Assembly: GCA_951406725.2 (NCBI GenBank)
Contig: OX597837.1
Span: 10,292,001 to 10,356,000, forward strand
Length of the DNA stretch: 64,000 nucleotides
Reading direction: 5' to 3'
From: Octopus vulgaris
Lineage: Eukaryota
A program made the translations under genes and the position numbers. Positions 1 to 12,968 of this stretch are shown here, one piece after another (position 1 is the stretch's first letter; each line of letters begins with the position of its first letter). The notes under the pieces are model-generated. The model did no database searches. It was not told the origin of the DNA and worked only from the letters and a program-made list of their open reading frames with translations.

Positions 1-170
1 CTGTAGTAGTGGAGGTAGTGGTGGTGATGAGAGGAAAGCAGTAGCAGAGATTCTATTGAACGCTGTGTAGGATGCAGTGCTGTGGATGGTGGTGGTGGTG
101 TTGAAGATGGCGGCGGTGGCACTCCATCGAAACAATTACACTGGTTGGTCATAAGTGTAAGTCACGCATA

Positions 171-316
171 AGAGAGAGAGAGAGAGAGAGAGAGGAGCAC
201 AATGAGAGAGAGAGAGAGAAAGAGACATACAGACAGAGGATGCTGTTGAGAGAGAAAGAGAGAGAAAAAGAGAGAAGAGCACAATGAGAGAGAGAGAGAG
301 AGGGAGAGAGAGAGAG
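171..316. repeat. (GA)n-rich microsatellite
   Basis: Interrupted GA dinucleotide runs seen directly. Confidence 0.95.
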
Positions 317-524
317 GATGTTAATCAATGGAGAAAAATAGTGAAAAAGAAGTGTGTATATGTGTGTGAATTCATACAATGCGAATGTATATGAATCATT
401 TGTATATATAGACACATTAATGATTCATCGCAATGCATATATATATATATATATGCACAGACACATACGTACACACACACACACACATGACTGAAACAAG
501 TAAAAGAGTAAAAGAGTAAAAGAG

Positions 525-556
<32 letters not shown>

Positions 557-1366
557 TATACATATGTATACACACATACATATATACATATACAAGTATG
601 CATTCATACATACGCACGCATACATATATACATGTACACATACGTATAAATACGTTTGCAAACACACACACACACACACACATATATACACATACATATA
701 TGCATACACACACGTATATACATTTGCACAGGTGCCCCAGCATAGCCGCGGCCTTCGGGCTGAAACATTTTAAAGGATTTTAAGGATATATATATACGCA
801 TAAACACACACAGGTATACATATTTGCACACACGTATATTTAGACGCATGCATACATACACATAAACATATATATATGTATGCATATATACATATACATA
901 CACATACGTATGCACACACATTTATGTATATACGCATACATAATTACAAATACACACACACACACACACGTGAGTATGTCGTTATGCACTGAAAGACTTA
1001 CGCAGAAATACTCCTGAATGACTTGTGGAATTAGCATCTCAGCTGTAGAAAGAACCCAAACGCCTAGCGGTAATTATGAGCAACACACACGCACGTGGGG
1101 GTGTAGGGGGTAGAGAAGGGTTCGGTTAAGGGAAGTGGGGGGCGGGGAGATCTTTAATCAAAACAGCCGAGTTTGCTTGCTCTTTAAACAAAAGGCGCAA
1201 TGTCACACTCGGTACATGTGTACCCGAATCGCCCACGACAAACTACCCCCACCCCGACTCCATGCATGTATCTACATACATGTGTGTTCGCGTGCGCACG
1301 TATTTATGTCACTCATACACACACAAACATCATTATCTTCGTCTTCACACAGCGATGCATGGATAA

Positions 1367-1367
<1 letters not shown>

Positions 1368-1411
<44 letters not shown>

Positions 1412-1880
1412 CAGACAGATAGATATGTATAGATAGATAGATAGATAGATAGACAGATAGATAGATAGATAGATAGATAGACAGATAGATAGAGGGAAGG
1501 ATAGATAGATAGATAGATAGAAAACAGAAAAAAACGTAGAGGGAGAGAGAGACAGATAGATAGATGGGTGGATGAATGGATGGATTGATGGGTGGCTGGA
1601 AGGACAGATAGATTAGATAGATGGATAGATAGATAGATATGGATAGATAGAGAGATATGGATAGATAGACAGAGATAGATAGATATGGATAGATAGAGAG
1701 ATAGATAGACAGAGATAGATAGATATGTAGATATAGAGATAGATAGATAGATATGCAGATAGATAGATAGAGATAGATATGTATGTATGTATGTATGTAT
1801 GTATAGATAGATAGATGGATAGAAGTACAGATAAACACACTAAGGTAGGGACAGACACACAGACAGACAGATAGATATGT
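1368..1880. repeat. (GATA)n/(GACA)n compound microsatellite
   Basis: Long interrupted GATA array; it produces the 'YLSI' pseudo-ORFs. Confidence 0.95.
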
Positions 1881-2247
1881 CGTATACATATTAGTGTGCG
1901 AATGTGGTGTGTGTGTGTGTGTGCGTGTGTGCGTAAACTGACACACACGTAGACTCTTGAACAGAGACCCAGTAGGGGTCAGGAGCCAAGACAAACTAAC
2001 ATAGGTTGTCTTATCTTAAGATTCTCATTGCAGCTATTTAACACACAAAAACACGGGAAACTGTTGAGAGCACAGAATTTAAAAAAGAAAAACCCTCAAA
2101 GGGAACAGCAGAACATCTGATGACGTCGTTGCACGTCACGCCGAGTAACAACGACCGCTGTGTGCATACGAGTCTGCGAGCACACACACACGTGTGTACT
2201 TATATATACATTATTATATACACACAGTGTGTATATATATATATATA

Positions 2248-2410
2248 GGGTGGCTGTGTGGTAAGTAGCTTGCTTACGAACCACATGGTTCCGGGTTCAG
2301 TCCCACTGCGTGACACCTTGGGTGAGTGTCTTCTACTATTCTACTATAGCCTCGGGCCGACCAAAGCCTTGTGAGTGGATTTGGTAGACGGAAACTGAAA
2401 GAAGCCCGTC

Positions 2411-2484
<74 letters not shown>

Positions 2485-2660
2485 TTGTGTATGTGTTTGT
2501 CCCCACAACATCGCTTGACAACCGATGCTGGTGTATTTACGCCCCCGTAAGTACTAGGCTTACAAAGAATAAGTCCTGGGGTCGATTTGATCGACTAAAG
2601 GCGATGCTCCAGCATGGCCACAATGACATGACTGAAACAAGTAAAAGAGTAAAAAAGAGT
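2248..2660 (+). mobile_element. tRNA-derived SINE family A (CORE-like, octopus OR-type)
   Basis: A-box TGGCTGTGTGG, B-box-like GGTTCAGTCCC, CORE-like ACCTTGGG(C/T)(A/G)AGTG, internal (TA)(TG) microsatellite and a CATGGCC...ACTGAAACAAGTAAAAGAG tail. More than 12 copies in the window. The family name is recalled, not searched. Confidence 0.9.
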
Positions 2661-2736
2661 ATATATATATACACACACACACACATATATACATTATATA
2701 TACATATCACAACGCATCAATACGCTGCTACACAAC

Positions 2737-3018
2737 TTCTTTTCCTCAACAGGCCCTGCCCTATTGAACGTTGACCCATAACAGATCAAAGAGGAAAAGG
2801 ATCTCATCGCCCTTAAACAGAATCTGGACAGATTTCTTCAAAGATTACCAGATAAAGCAACTACACCTGGATAACAACTCCCTCGACAAGAACCCCCTAC
2901 TCGAATGGACCATGAAACCGCAAAATTTGACTTCAAAAAGATTTAGATAAGCCTATCAGGTGGTGCTATTAAGGCAGACATGGCCTGGACCAATCTTTGG
3001 TCGAAACATATCCAAGTT
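2737..3018 (+). mobile_element. 3' end of a CR1/L2-like LINE (ORF2 C-terminus relic plus tail)
   Basis: Translates FSSTGPALLNVDP*QIKEEKDLIALKQNLDRFLQRLPDKATTPG*, resembling the 'GP.LFN.LP...FK..LD.FL..IPD.P' C-terminus of non-LTR RT ORFs. It is followed by a GGTGGTGC..CATGGCC-hairpin-GAAAC tail. Confidence 0.75.
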
Positions 3019-3203
3019 CTTTTTGCATACACATATACATACATGCATACACACACACACATTCCCAAAATTTGATAAAACACAGCAAGCACAACAAACA
3101 GAAAGTTACGAGATTATTCCACACCAATCAGCGTTCAGCAGATAATTACAATTCCACGACTATATAGATATATATATATATATATATATAAAACGACTGA
3201 AAC

Positions 3204-3252
<49 letters not shown>

Positions 3253-3600
3253 TATATATACCGGTTTCAGTCGTTACACTGCGGCCATGCTGGGGCACCA
3301 CCTTGAAGTATTAGATAGATGATGATAGCGATGACGATGACACCAATGAAAATGACGACAATCATCCCGCAATCGTCCCATGCGATCCATCCTTGTAAAT
3401 CAGAAAGTATGGGTTGTCAGACAGACACAGAAACGCGTGATATGACCAAGGCGAAGGATTAAGAGAGGAGAGGTTTCTGGATCACACCCGGTGATCACTC
3501 CAAGACATTTCTTTTTTTCTTTAAGCCTTGAAGATAGGATAACAAAAGCAAAAAAAAAAAAAAGAAAAAAACATGTTACTCCTAAGAACATCCAGTGATA

Positions 3601-3994
3601 CTCTTTTACTTGTTTCAGTCATTTGACTGCGGCCATGCTGTAGCACTGCCTTTTTAGTCGAGCAAATCGACCCCGGGACTTATTCTTTGTAAGCCCAGTA
3701 CTTATTCTATCGGTCTCTTTTTTCCGAACCGCTAAGTGACGGGACGTAAACACACCAGCATCGGTTGTCAAGCAATGCTAGGGGGAGACACAAACACAGA
3801 CACACACACATATATATACATATATATATATATATACACGACAGGCTTCTTTCAGTTTCCGTCTACCAAATCCACTCACAAGGCATTGGTCGGCCCGGGG
3901 CTATAGCAGAAGACACTTGCCCAAGATGCCACGCAGTGGGACTGAACCCGGAACCATGTGGTTGGTTAGCAAGGTACTTACCACACAGCCACTC
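3601..3994 (-). mobile_element. SINE family A, full length
   Basis: Reverse complement of the 5680-6076 copy along its whole length. Confidence 0.92.
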
Positions 3995-4389
3995 TATCAA
4001 TCATTCTACCTCATGAGGTTCTTCTCTCAGCTGTGACACATTCTTACCAATTTAATGGAGGAGAGCAACTGCCTGGGGCCCCAAAATCAATAAGGGTTCT
4101 TAACAGAAATCTCAAGAAAAGATACAATACATTTAACTGTGGCCTTAGATATGTAAAAATGACACGTTGGTCAAGCCTGGAACACTTTGACCACAGATCT
4201 GCTTGACCAGGACTGACATGGAGACTAAATTACTACTAAATTACACTGCTGTTGCTACAGTAATGAGTTTATTCTTATATTGTGGAAATCCGGTTACCAG
4301 ATTTCCGCGACAGATTAGGTACCGAGACCACCACCCTCTATACACTGAACGAGATGTCGGTCCGCGACAAGCATCAAAACCAACGATTT

Positions 4390-4550
4390 AGCAGGGAAGT
4401 AGTTGATCCTAGGGATTTTATTCCTTCGACCCTGAAGGGATGAAATGGTTTTACCTCAGCCAGATTTGAATTCGAACGTAAAAAGCCGAAGGAAATGCCG
4501 CCATGTAACTCACCTTCATCCGTGCTAAAGATTTTGTCAGCACACCGCTT
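4390..4550 (-). mobile_element. SINE family B, diverged
   Basis: TCGACCCTGAAGGGATGAAA...ATTTGAATTC core matches family B in reverse. Confidence 0.65.
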
Positions 4551-5023
4551 TCAAGACATACCATAATTTTATTCCGTTTAATGAATTTCAAACACGTTTA
4601 AAGTTTTGCTTTTTAATTTTCTTTCATTTTTTTAAAAATTTTGTAGATTTCCAAAAGTTATCTTTTGAGCTGTTTTTATTATTTTATTTTATTCATTCAA
4701 CATAAAGAAGTTGCCGCTTCATTATAGATGCGTAAATGTCTGTTGAACGTGTGTGTGTGTGTGTGTGTGTCGTCTGCGAGTGTCGTCTGGTGCATGAGTA
4801 TATGTGTTGTATTTACGATTTGAATATATATTTGAATGAAGATTATGGTGTGTGTGTTTGTGAGTCTATCTGTTGCTTTGTATATGAGTGACGATGCGTA
4901 TTTATATGTGTGTGTATGTGTTGCATTATGAGTTTGTCATGTGGTCCGCTTAGATATGTATATGTCGTCTGCACCGTATATGTATGTGTTGTGCAAGTAC
5001 GTATGTGCTGTGTATGTGTGTAT

Positions 5024-5060
<37 letters not shown>

Positions 5061-5517
5061 GTGACAGACTGTGTGTATGTTTGAGACTTATGTTATGCCT
5101 GATTCGTTGACACAGGGCTCATATGACAAAGGGAAGCCTTTACTAGTGTTACAACCTGGTGAACCACGACGATCTTTTCATACGTCACGTGACTGTAACG
5201 GTAGACCTCCGATAAAAAGAAGGTACTGTTACCTCAAGATATTCTTAACGGTTCACCGACCAAGAATAGAAGAAACGAAAAAGAAAAAAGAAAAAAAGAA
5301 GAAACAGGAAAGAAAACAAAACAAAACAAGCGGAGCAAAGGCGGCGGCGTCGCTTGGTGTGGTGGGGAAGGTTTTAGGCGCCATGATGATAAAGTTTGAA
5401 ATATTGGGACTAATAAAGGTAGGTTTAAACATGTCTTGTCTTTTCATATCTTGCGGTTTGTCTGTTTAAAAATCGATTGACACCAACACACGTATGCATC
5501 CCGCCACCATCGGAACA

Positions 5518-5552
<35 letters not shown>

Positions 5553-5679
5553 AAATCATTTAGTATAGTAGAAATATCACGATACTTTTGGTTACTTTCT
5601 CAAAGTAGAACAAGACGTATTTTCCTGCAGCCGTTCGGAAGAATTCTCAATAAATTTGTGTATATTTTTACAATATATA

Positions 5680-6076
5680 GGCGCAGGAGTGGCTGTGTGG
5701 TAAGTAGCTTGTGTACCAACCACATCGTTCCGGGTTCAGTCCCACTGCGTGGCACTTTGGGGGAGTGCCTTCTACTGTAGCCTCGGGCCGACCAAAGCCC
5801 TGTGAGTGGATTTGGTAGACGGAAACTGAAAGAAGCCTGTCGTATATATGTATATATATGCGTGTGTGTGTTTGTGTGTCTGTGTTTGTCCCTCTAGCAT
5901 TGCTTGACAACCGATGCTGGTGTGTTTATGTCCCCATCACTTAGCGGTTCGGCAAAAGGGACCGATAGAATAAGTACTGGGCTTACAAAAGAATAAGTCC
6001 CGGGGTCGAGTTGCTCGATTAAAGGTGGTGCTCCAGCATGGCCGCAGTCAAATGACTGAAACAAGAGTAAAAGAGT
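5680..6076 (+). mobile_element. SINE family A, full length
   Basis: Runs from the GGCGCAGGAGTGGCTGTGTGG head to the GACTGAAACAAGAGTAAAAGAG tail. Confidence 0.93.
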
Positions 6077-6107
6077 GAGAGTATATATCTACACACACAC
6101 ATACTCA

Positions 6108-6148
<41 letters not shown>

Positions 6149-6471
6149 GACATGGCTGTGTGGTAAGAAACTTGCTTCCCAACCACAGGTGGGGGTTGAC
6201 AGAGCCCTCAAGCATGCCTTCAATCTGGTCCTGTCAGGGACAGTATTCTCTAACTGATCCGGCCGAACCCTTTAGCAAGACCAACGGAACTGATGGATGC
6301 CACCCAACCATTATAGTCTACCCCTGGGTCTCCCGTTAGTTGGTTTGCCTCTGTGAGGGTGTGTATAATATAACACATACACACACACACAATGGAAATA
6401 TCATGGCCATGAAAAATTTGGTTGCATCTACCCCACCCCTACACACAACCCATATTGTCACTAGCTAGATC

Positions 6472-7535
6472 GAGAGTTCTCAACCATTTTTTTTAATCTA
6501 TGGATCCCTTTGATTATAATTTTATTCTAGTCGCCCCCCAAAATCATTCGATGTCTAAAAACTAGTTTTATAGAAACTTCTTTCAAAATCCCTATGAATT
6601 ATGTAAAGTGTTAGGGAAAGAAACCCAGCTATTTCTTGCAATACATACCAATACATACATCTAAAGCAAGGGTTCTCAACCATTTTTTTTTTAATCTATG
6701 GACCCCTTTGATTACTATATTATTCTGGTGGGCGCCACCATAGCCATTCAATGTCTAAAAACTAGTCTTATAGAAACTTTTTTCAAAATCCCTATTTATG
6801 ATTTTCACACATCAACTTTTGTAGGTTGAACTCTCTCTTGTAATACATACCAATACATATATCTAAAGCAGGGGTTCTCCACCACTTTTTTTTATTATCT
6901 AAGAACCCCTTTGATTAATATATCATTCTGGTAGACCCCCATAGTTTAATAGAAACTTCTTTCAAAATCTCTTTTTTGTTTTTCACACATCAACTTGTGT
7001 TGGTTGAACTCTGTAAGATGTTAGAGATAGACTCCTCGCCGTTTCTTGCAATACATACATCTAAAGCAAAACTTCTTCAGGGATCCTTAAAATACTATTG
7101 CGGTTCCCCAGTGTACTATTTTGTTGCAGGGAACCCCAAAAATCTTATATGAACCGCCAAGGAGCCATATGGACCCCTAGTTGAGAACCCATTAAGTTAG
7201 ATCAAATATAACCACCAATAAATAATTACTTCTTTCGCAGTCATTTAAACAAGTAATATCTCAACCACATGGTTCCGGGTTCATTCCGACTGCGTAGCAC
7301 CTTGGGCAAGTGTCTTCTACTATAGCCCCGGGCCAACCATAGCTTTGAGAGTAAATCTGTTAGACGGATACTTAAAAAAACAATTCTTGCAATACATACA
7401 TCTAAAGCAAAATTTTTTTCAGGGACCCTTAAGATACTATTGTGGTTCCCCAGTTTACTATTTTGTTGCACGGAGCCCCAAAAATATTATATGGACCTCC
7501 AGGAGCCAAATGGGCCCCTAGTTGAGAACCCATTA
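6472..7535. mobile_element. hAT (Charlie-like) MITE with tandemly reiterated 5' segments and a duplicated 3' segment
   Basis: GGTTCTC(A/C)ACC-type termini at ~6475, 6670 and 6870; GTTGAGAACCC termini at ~7180 and ~7520; 7045-7225 is duplicated at 7385-7565 around a SINE A fragment (7262-7375). Confidence 0.7.
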
Positions 7536-8318
7536 GGTTAGATCAAATATGACCACCAATAAAAAATATCTTTATCACTGCTACTACAACCCTAACAATA
7601 TCTCAGCTTACCACCACCACCATTCCAACACCCCGATATTACCACCACCACCACCACCACCACCACCACTACTACTACTACTACTACCAGCCCATACGGG
7701 TTTTTTTTTTGAGGGGTCTTTGTTTTTTTTTACCTTACTGCGTTCTTTTAATTAAACGCCAGGTTGGTTAATTAAATGTCATTAGAAGAAAGTTGTGGAG
7801 AGAAGGGGTGAGCGGGGTGGGGTGGGAATAATAATAATAACAACAACAACAACAGGTGAAGAAAAAGATAAAGAAAAACATCAATACCTGCAAATATAAA
7901 CAACAACAACAACAACAACAACTGCAACAACAACTATAAAGATAGCGAAGACGTCAAGAGCGGAAAAGACGTCAGCAACAACATCAACAACCATAATAAC
8001 AATAATAATAATAAAAACGCCGAACTCAACAGCTTTTTTTTTTTGCAACAAAACAATCAATATACATACAGACACATAATCAAATATGTATGTATATATA
8101 TATCTACACATCTCTTCATTCTGTGTGTGTGTGTGTGTGTATATATACATACATACATGCATGCATATGTATATATTACATATACAAGCATGCTTCTTTG
8201 TGGTGTGTGTGTGTGTGTGTATGCACACACACACTGAATATATATACGCACACAGATATGCACACATATGCATGTGTATATATTACATATTTATACATGC
8301 ATGTTTCAATGTGGTGTT

Positions 8319-8367
<49 letters not shown>

Positions 8368-8444
8368 ATATATACACACACACACCAGTTTGAAGCATGC
8401 TTGTATAAATATGTAACATATACACATGCATGTGTGTGCGTGTG

Positions 8445-8486
<42 letters not shown>

Positions 8487-8558
8487 TGTGTATATACACA
8501 CACACACCACAATGAAGCATGCATGTATATGTAATATATACATATGCATGTATGTACG

Positions 8559-8590
<32 letters not shown>

Positions 8591-9240
8591 CACAAAAGGA
8601 AGAGATGTGTAGGTATTTGCATATACACATGTATATATATTTTGTGCGCACATGTGCGACTGTGTGTGCATACACACACACACACACACATACACACACT
8701 TCATCGGCAACAAAAATGACAAGAAAACAAATCAGTCATATATATAATACAACAAAAGCAACAACAAACAAAACCATTCGGAACGAGTGACAGAAAATGC
8801 ACCACTAAAAGTGCAATGTGCAACAGCAAAACAAGCAGCTGTAAAAGTGCATCAACAGTAAATGCAACTGCACAATATAAGGCAATGTGATAACATGTGC
8901 AAGCAAGGGAGTCTATTGGAGGTGGTTCAACCCGCTAGAAAGAGCAGCCAAAAATTACGCAACTCGCACCCTGCAGTCTCTTTTGGAGACGGCTTTTTGA
9001 TAATGTAATCCAAGGTAGACTGTGGCTCTAAATAACGGAAGTAAGTGATCGTAGATGATGTGGTTTGTATGTTTAGCCATTGGTCTACTCAATCGGAACT
9101 GGCCGGTGGTTAAACAACATACACATACACACAAACAAACAAAAGCAGTATAATTATGAGTAAATGATGGGATCCCTATGTGGTTACTACACTTGCTAGA
9201 AATGATAACCAAATTGCTTTGATTAATTTCATTCATTTAT

Positions 9241-9620
9241 CTCTTACTTGTTTCAGTCATTGGACAGCGACCATGCTGGGGCACTGCTTTTCAATGTTTT
9301 AGTTGGACAAATTGAACCCAGTATTTTTTCTCCTGTTTTTGTTTTTTTTGTTTTTGTCTTTTTTTTATTAAATCTCGTACTCATTCTATCGAACTCTTAT
9401 ACTGAACCGCCCTGCTATGAGGATGTAAACAAACCAACTCTGGTTGCTAAGCAATGATGGGGAGAAACACGCACACACACACACGCGCGCGCTTCTTTTC
9501 AGTTTCCATTATAGGTCGGCCAGGAGCTACAGTAGAAAAATCACTTGCTCAGATGCTGCTGCAAGGTGGAACTGAACCCGACATCATATAGTTACAAAGC
9601 AGGCTTAACCACACAGCCAC
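9241..9620 (-). mobile_element. SINE family A, old diverged copy
   Basis: Tail TTGTTTCAGTCATTGGAC, GGAACTGAACCC and ACCACACAGCCAC are recognisable. Confidence 0.8.
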
Positions 9621-10070
9621 GTCAGTACCTAACAGAAGGACATATTAGATAATGTAGTCCTAGATATAATATGTCAAAATCCAAGTCAGGTTGGTCATTA
9701 TAAAGTTTGCTCAGAACTGATCTGGGACTCAACAGCATCGAAAGACGCACAAGACTATGTCGTTTTAGATACATTTGGCCCAATATATGACGGAATGGTC
9801 ACGGTTGGGACAGCTTGAGAACAGGTCTTTACCTATCAAAGCTGGAATCAACTGGTCAAGGCTGGAACACCTTTCTGCATAGGACTGATTAGGGTTCACC
9901 TTGGACCAAATAATAATAATAATAATAATGATAAAAATAATAATCTTTCCTACTATAGGCACAAGGCCAGCAATTTGGGGAGAAGAAAATAACTGATTTC
10001 ATCGACCCCGAAAGGTGAAAGGGGTCGATAAATTAAGTACCAGTTACGCTTTGTGCCTATAATGGAGAGG

Positions 10071-10102
<32 letters not shown>

Positions 10103-10114
10103 GTCTATAATAAT

Positions 10115-10636
10115 AATAAATGCCTTGATGCAGTACCAGGCAGTAGTTCTTGTGGCTTCTGATCCTAACAGATTGGAAGTGTTATCATGTACATTGTTTT
10201 GTCTTGGTATAAAAGATGAGCTACAGCAAATATTCTGCTCAATACCACAGATTTGCTTTGTCAGTTGCTTGACCTTAACTGGTTGAGCATGTCCCTTGGT
10301 GGCTGACGATATGTGCATCTCTGATCACGAGCAGAAGTGTTGAGAGGGATTCTTTGGGGTTTGAATAATTGACCTTTGGAAACATGGGTGTTTCATTCAA
10401 CAACCTTAAACAAACTTTGTTCAGGGACCTTTTGAGTGGGATGGGCTACCCTACCTGCGGAAAATTCTAACTGGGCCCCACCTGCAAAGTCATGCGCGGT
10501 TTATCTTAATATGAGATCACCATGTTATACACATATGGTTGTGATGCATATGCCTGATGCACCCTTATCAATCGGGTAGTCATGATGGGTATACTGGGCT
10601 TCGTATATTTGTACCCCAGTGTCACTCTCTCACTCA
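10115..10636 (+). mobile_element. 3' region of a non-LTR retroposon associated with (AAT)n
   Basis: Shares sequence with 35345-35575 (reverse) and 47657-47770. It ends CTCTCTCACTCAA followed by a trinucleotide tail. Confidence 0.7.
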
Positions 10637-10712
10637 ACAACAACAAAATAAGGAAATTATTATTATAGTTATCATTATTATCATTCTTAGGCAAGCTGAC
10701 AGAATCGATAAT

Positions 10713-10895
10713 TATTTCTTTACTACCCACAAGGGTTTAAACATAGAGAGGACAAACAAGGACAGACAGACAGATTAAGTCGATAATATCGACTCTAGTG
10801 CGTAACTGGTACTTATTTATTTGACTGGTACTTAATTTATCAACCCCGAAAGGATGAAAGGCAAAGTCGACCTCGGCGGAATTTGAACTCAGAAC
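10713..10895 (-). mobile_element. SINE family B inserted antisense into another family B copy
   Basis: 14-bp direct repeat ACAGAATCGATAAT at 10699-10712 and 10906-10919. The host copy runs ~10690-11100 on +. Confidence 0.8.
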
Positions 10896-11676
10896 TCCTA
10901 CGCCTACAGAATCGATAATATGACAAGCAAAATGCTCAACGCCACTTCTTCAGGTTTTAGGTTCTAAGTTCAAATTCCGCCGAGGTAGACTTTACCTTTC
11001 ATCGTTTCGGGGGTCGATCAAACAAAATACAAGTCGAACCAATACCCCAACCCGGGCACCTTCCCTTAAAATTACTGGCCTTCAGCCAAAATTATAAAAA
11101 TAATAATTAGTAGTAGTATTACTTACATATTTTGGCCCAGCGGTGTGTGTAGGTCACATAAATTGGAGGAGATTGTTTTCGTGCTTTTTTGCCCCCCTCT
11201 CCGTTTGACAAGTTTCCAGGCACCTGTAGGAAAAAAAGAAAGGAAAAAGAAATTGATAATTATATATTTCAGTAGATGCGTAATTAGGAAGAGACGGAGA
11301 AGAAGGGTGGGGTGAAGAGGCATTTATCACAGCAAAACATGTAAAAGCCTACTTTTTGCATCTATTGGCGGATGGGCGGGCGGACACACAGACACACACA
11401 CACATATACAACATACACATACACAGAGACAAGGTCATAAACCCCACATACTCGGCCATACACATATAGATACATACATACACACACATAGATATACACA
11501 CACACTCATACATACATAGATACACACAAACTCACACACATACATAGATACACACACACTCACATACAGATACATACACACACATACATATATATATAGA
11601 TAATACACACATACACATACATATATAGATACACACACACACACGCATATATATATATACACACATACATATATAG

Positions 11677-11717
<41 letters not shown>

Positions 11718-12699
11718 CACACATACATATATAGATACATACACACAGACACATATATATAGATACATACACACACATACATATATATAGATACTTGCAC
11801 ACACACACATACATAAATACATACATATACTCACACAGACACGAACATACATAGACGCGCTTACAGGCCTACATCTATGTACGTATCTAACAAACTTGTA
11901 AAATAAGCGCGCAGAAGCCGTACGTCATGAAAACGTCAACGACCTCCGACAACAAGATGAAAACAAGATTAATATATTTCAATAAGGAAAAAGAAAAAGA
12001 AAAAAACTGATAAAAAACAAAGCACCGAGAAATAAATTAACTCTAAATAAACGTATCAAATATAAAAAAAACCCTAACTAGATCCTGTTACCAAAAAAAA
12101 AAAAAAAAAAAAAGCTGTCATCCATTCGTGTTTACACAACGTTTACGCAGCATTAGGCGAATTGGTTCGTTGTACGAATACCATTAGGGTATTCGTAGAT
12201 TCGGTTCCATCCGAGGTCGTTGTTAACTGCCAGCGCAAGATCTTACTGTTTATTTGGTGAGTGGAAATAGAAAAATTAGTGAAATGCGCATTTGAATGTA
12301 GCGCCTTCTTTACCACATGTGGCAGGAATGTGTGTGGAAGTTGCGTATTTACAAAATATTTATATTCCGCAGCGCATCTGAGATGTGACCTCATTCAGGT
12401 AGATTTCCGCAATTAAATATCACACACCTTGGTGGAAATGGGTTCTGTTTCAGCCGCGGTTCGGCAATGGTCTTGTCAGTGGACTTGGAAGACGGTAAAC
12501 ACACACACACACACGTGTGTGTATGTGTGTGTGTGTGTGTGTGTATAATCCATATCTTTATTGATATTATTTTGTCTTGCTCTATTACGTTTTGGTTGTT
12601 TGCTAAATTTTTCTTGAGAACATCTCTTAGTGGTAGGACCATAGTGGATCTACTTCTAGCATAACGGTATCCACATAGTGGTTTCCCTCTCATGTGTGT

Positions 12700-12889
12700 G
12701 TGTAGTCGCCATCATAGATCGTTAGCCACTACACACATTTTTCTCTCTCCTTGTTTTTTTTTGTGTCCCTTTCTGTAGAAGAGCGTAGGTTCCGAAACGT
12801 AAAAGACTTTTTCTATTCCTGAGCGTTATACTAATACATCTGTTTTTGTACACCACCTGTCTTCGTCTTTTGTTTTTTTCGTAAACTTT

Positions 12890-12892
<3 letters not shown>
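12700..12892 (+). mobile_element. Penelope-like pLTR relic with degenerate hammerhead-like motif
   Basis: CTTT-CTGTAGAA-GAGC-GTAG-GTTC-C-GAAACGT-A-AAAG at 12769-12805, followed by (TA)n. The class assignment is inferred. Confidence 0.45.

Positions 12893-12968
<76 letters not shown>

Noticed and set aside
5071-5469. 132-aa Lys-rich ORF
   Set aside because: It starts in a GT repeat and the Lys run comes from an A-rich tract; no domain.
5680-5760. tRNA-like A/B boxes (also 38205, 44675, 62029)
   Set aside because: These are SINE heads continuing into SINE bodies; no complete cloverleaf.
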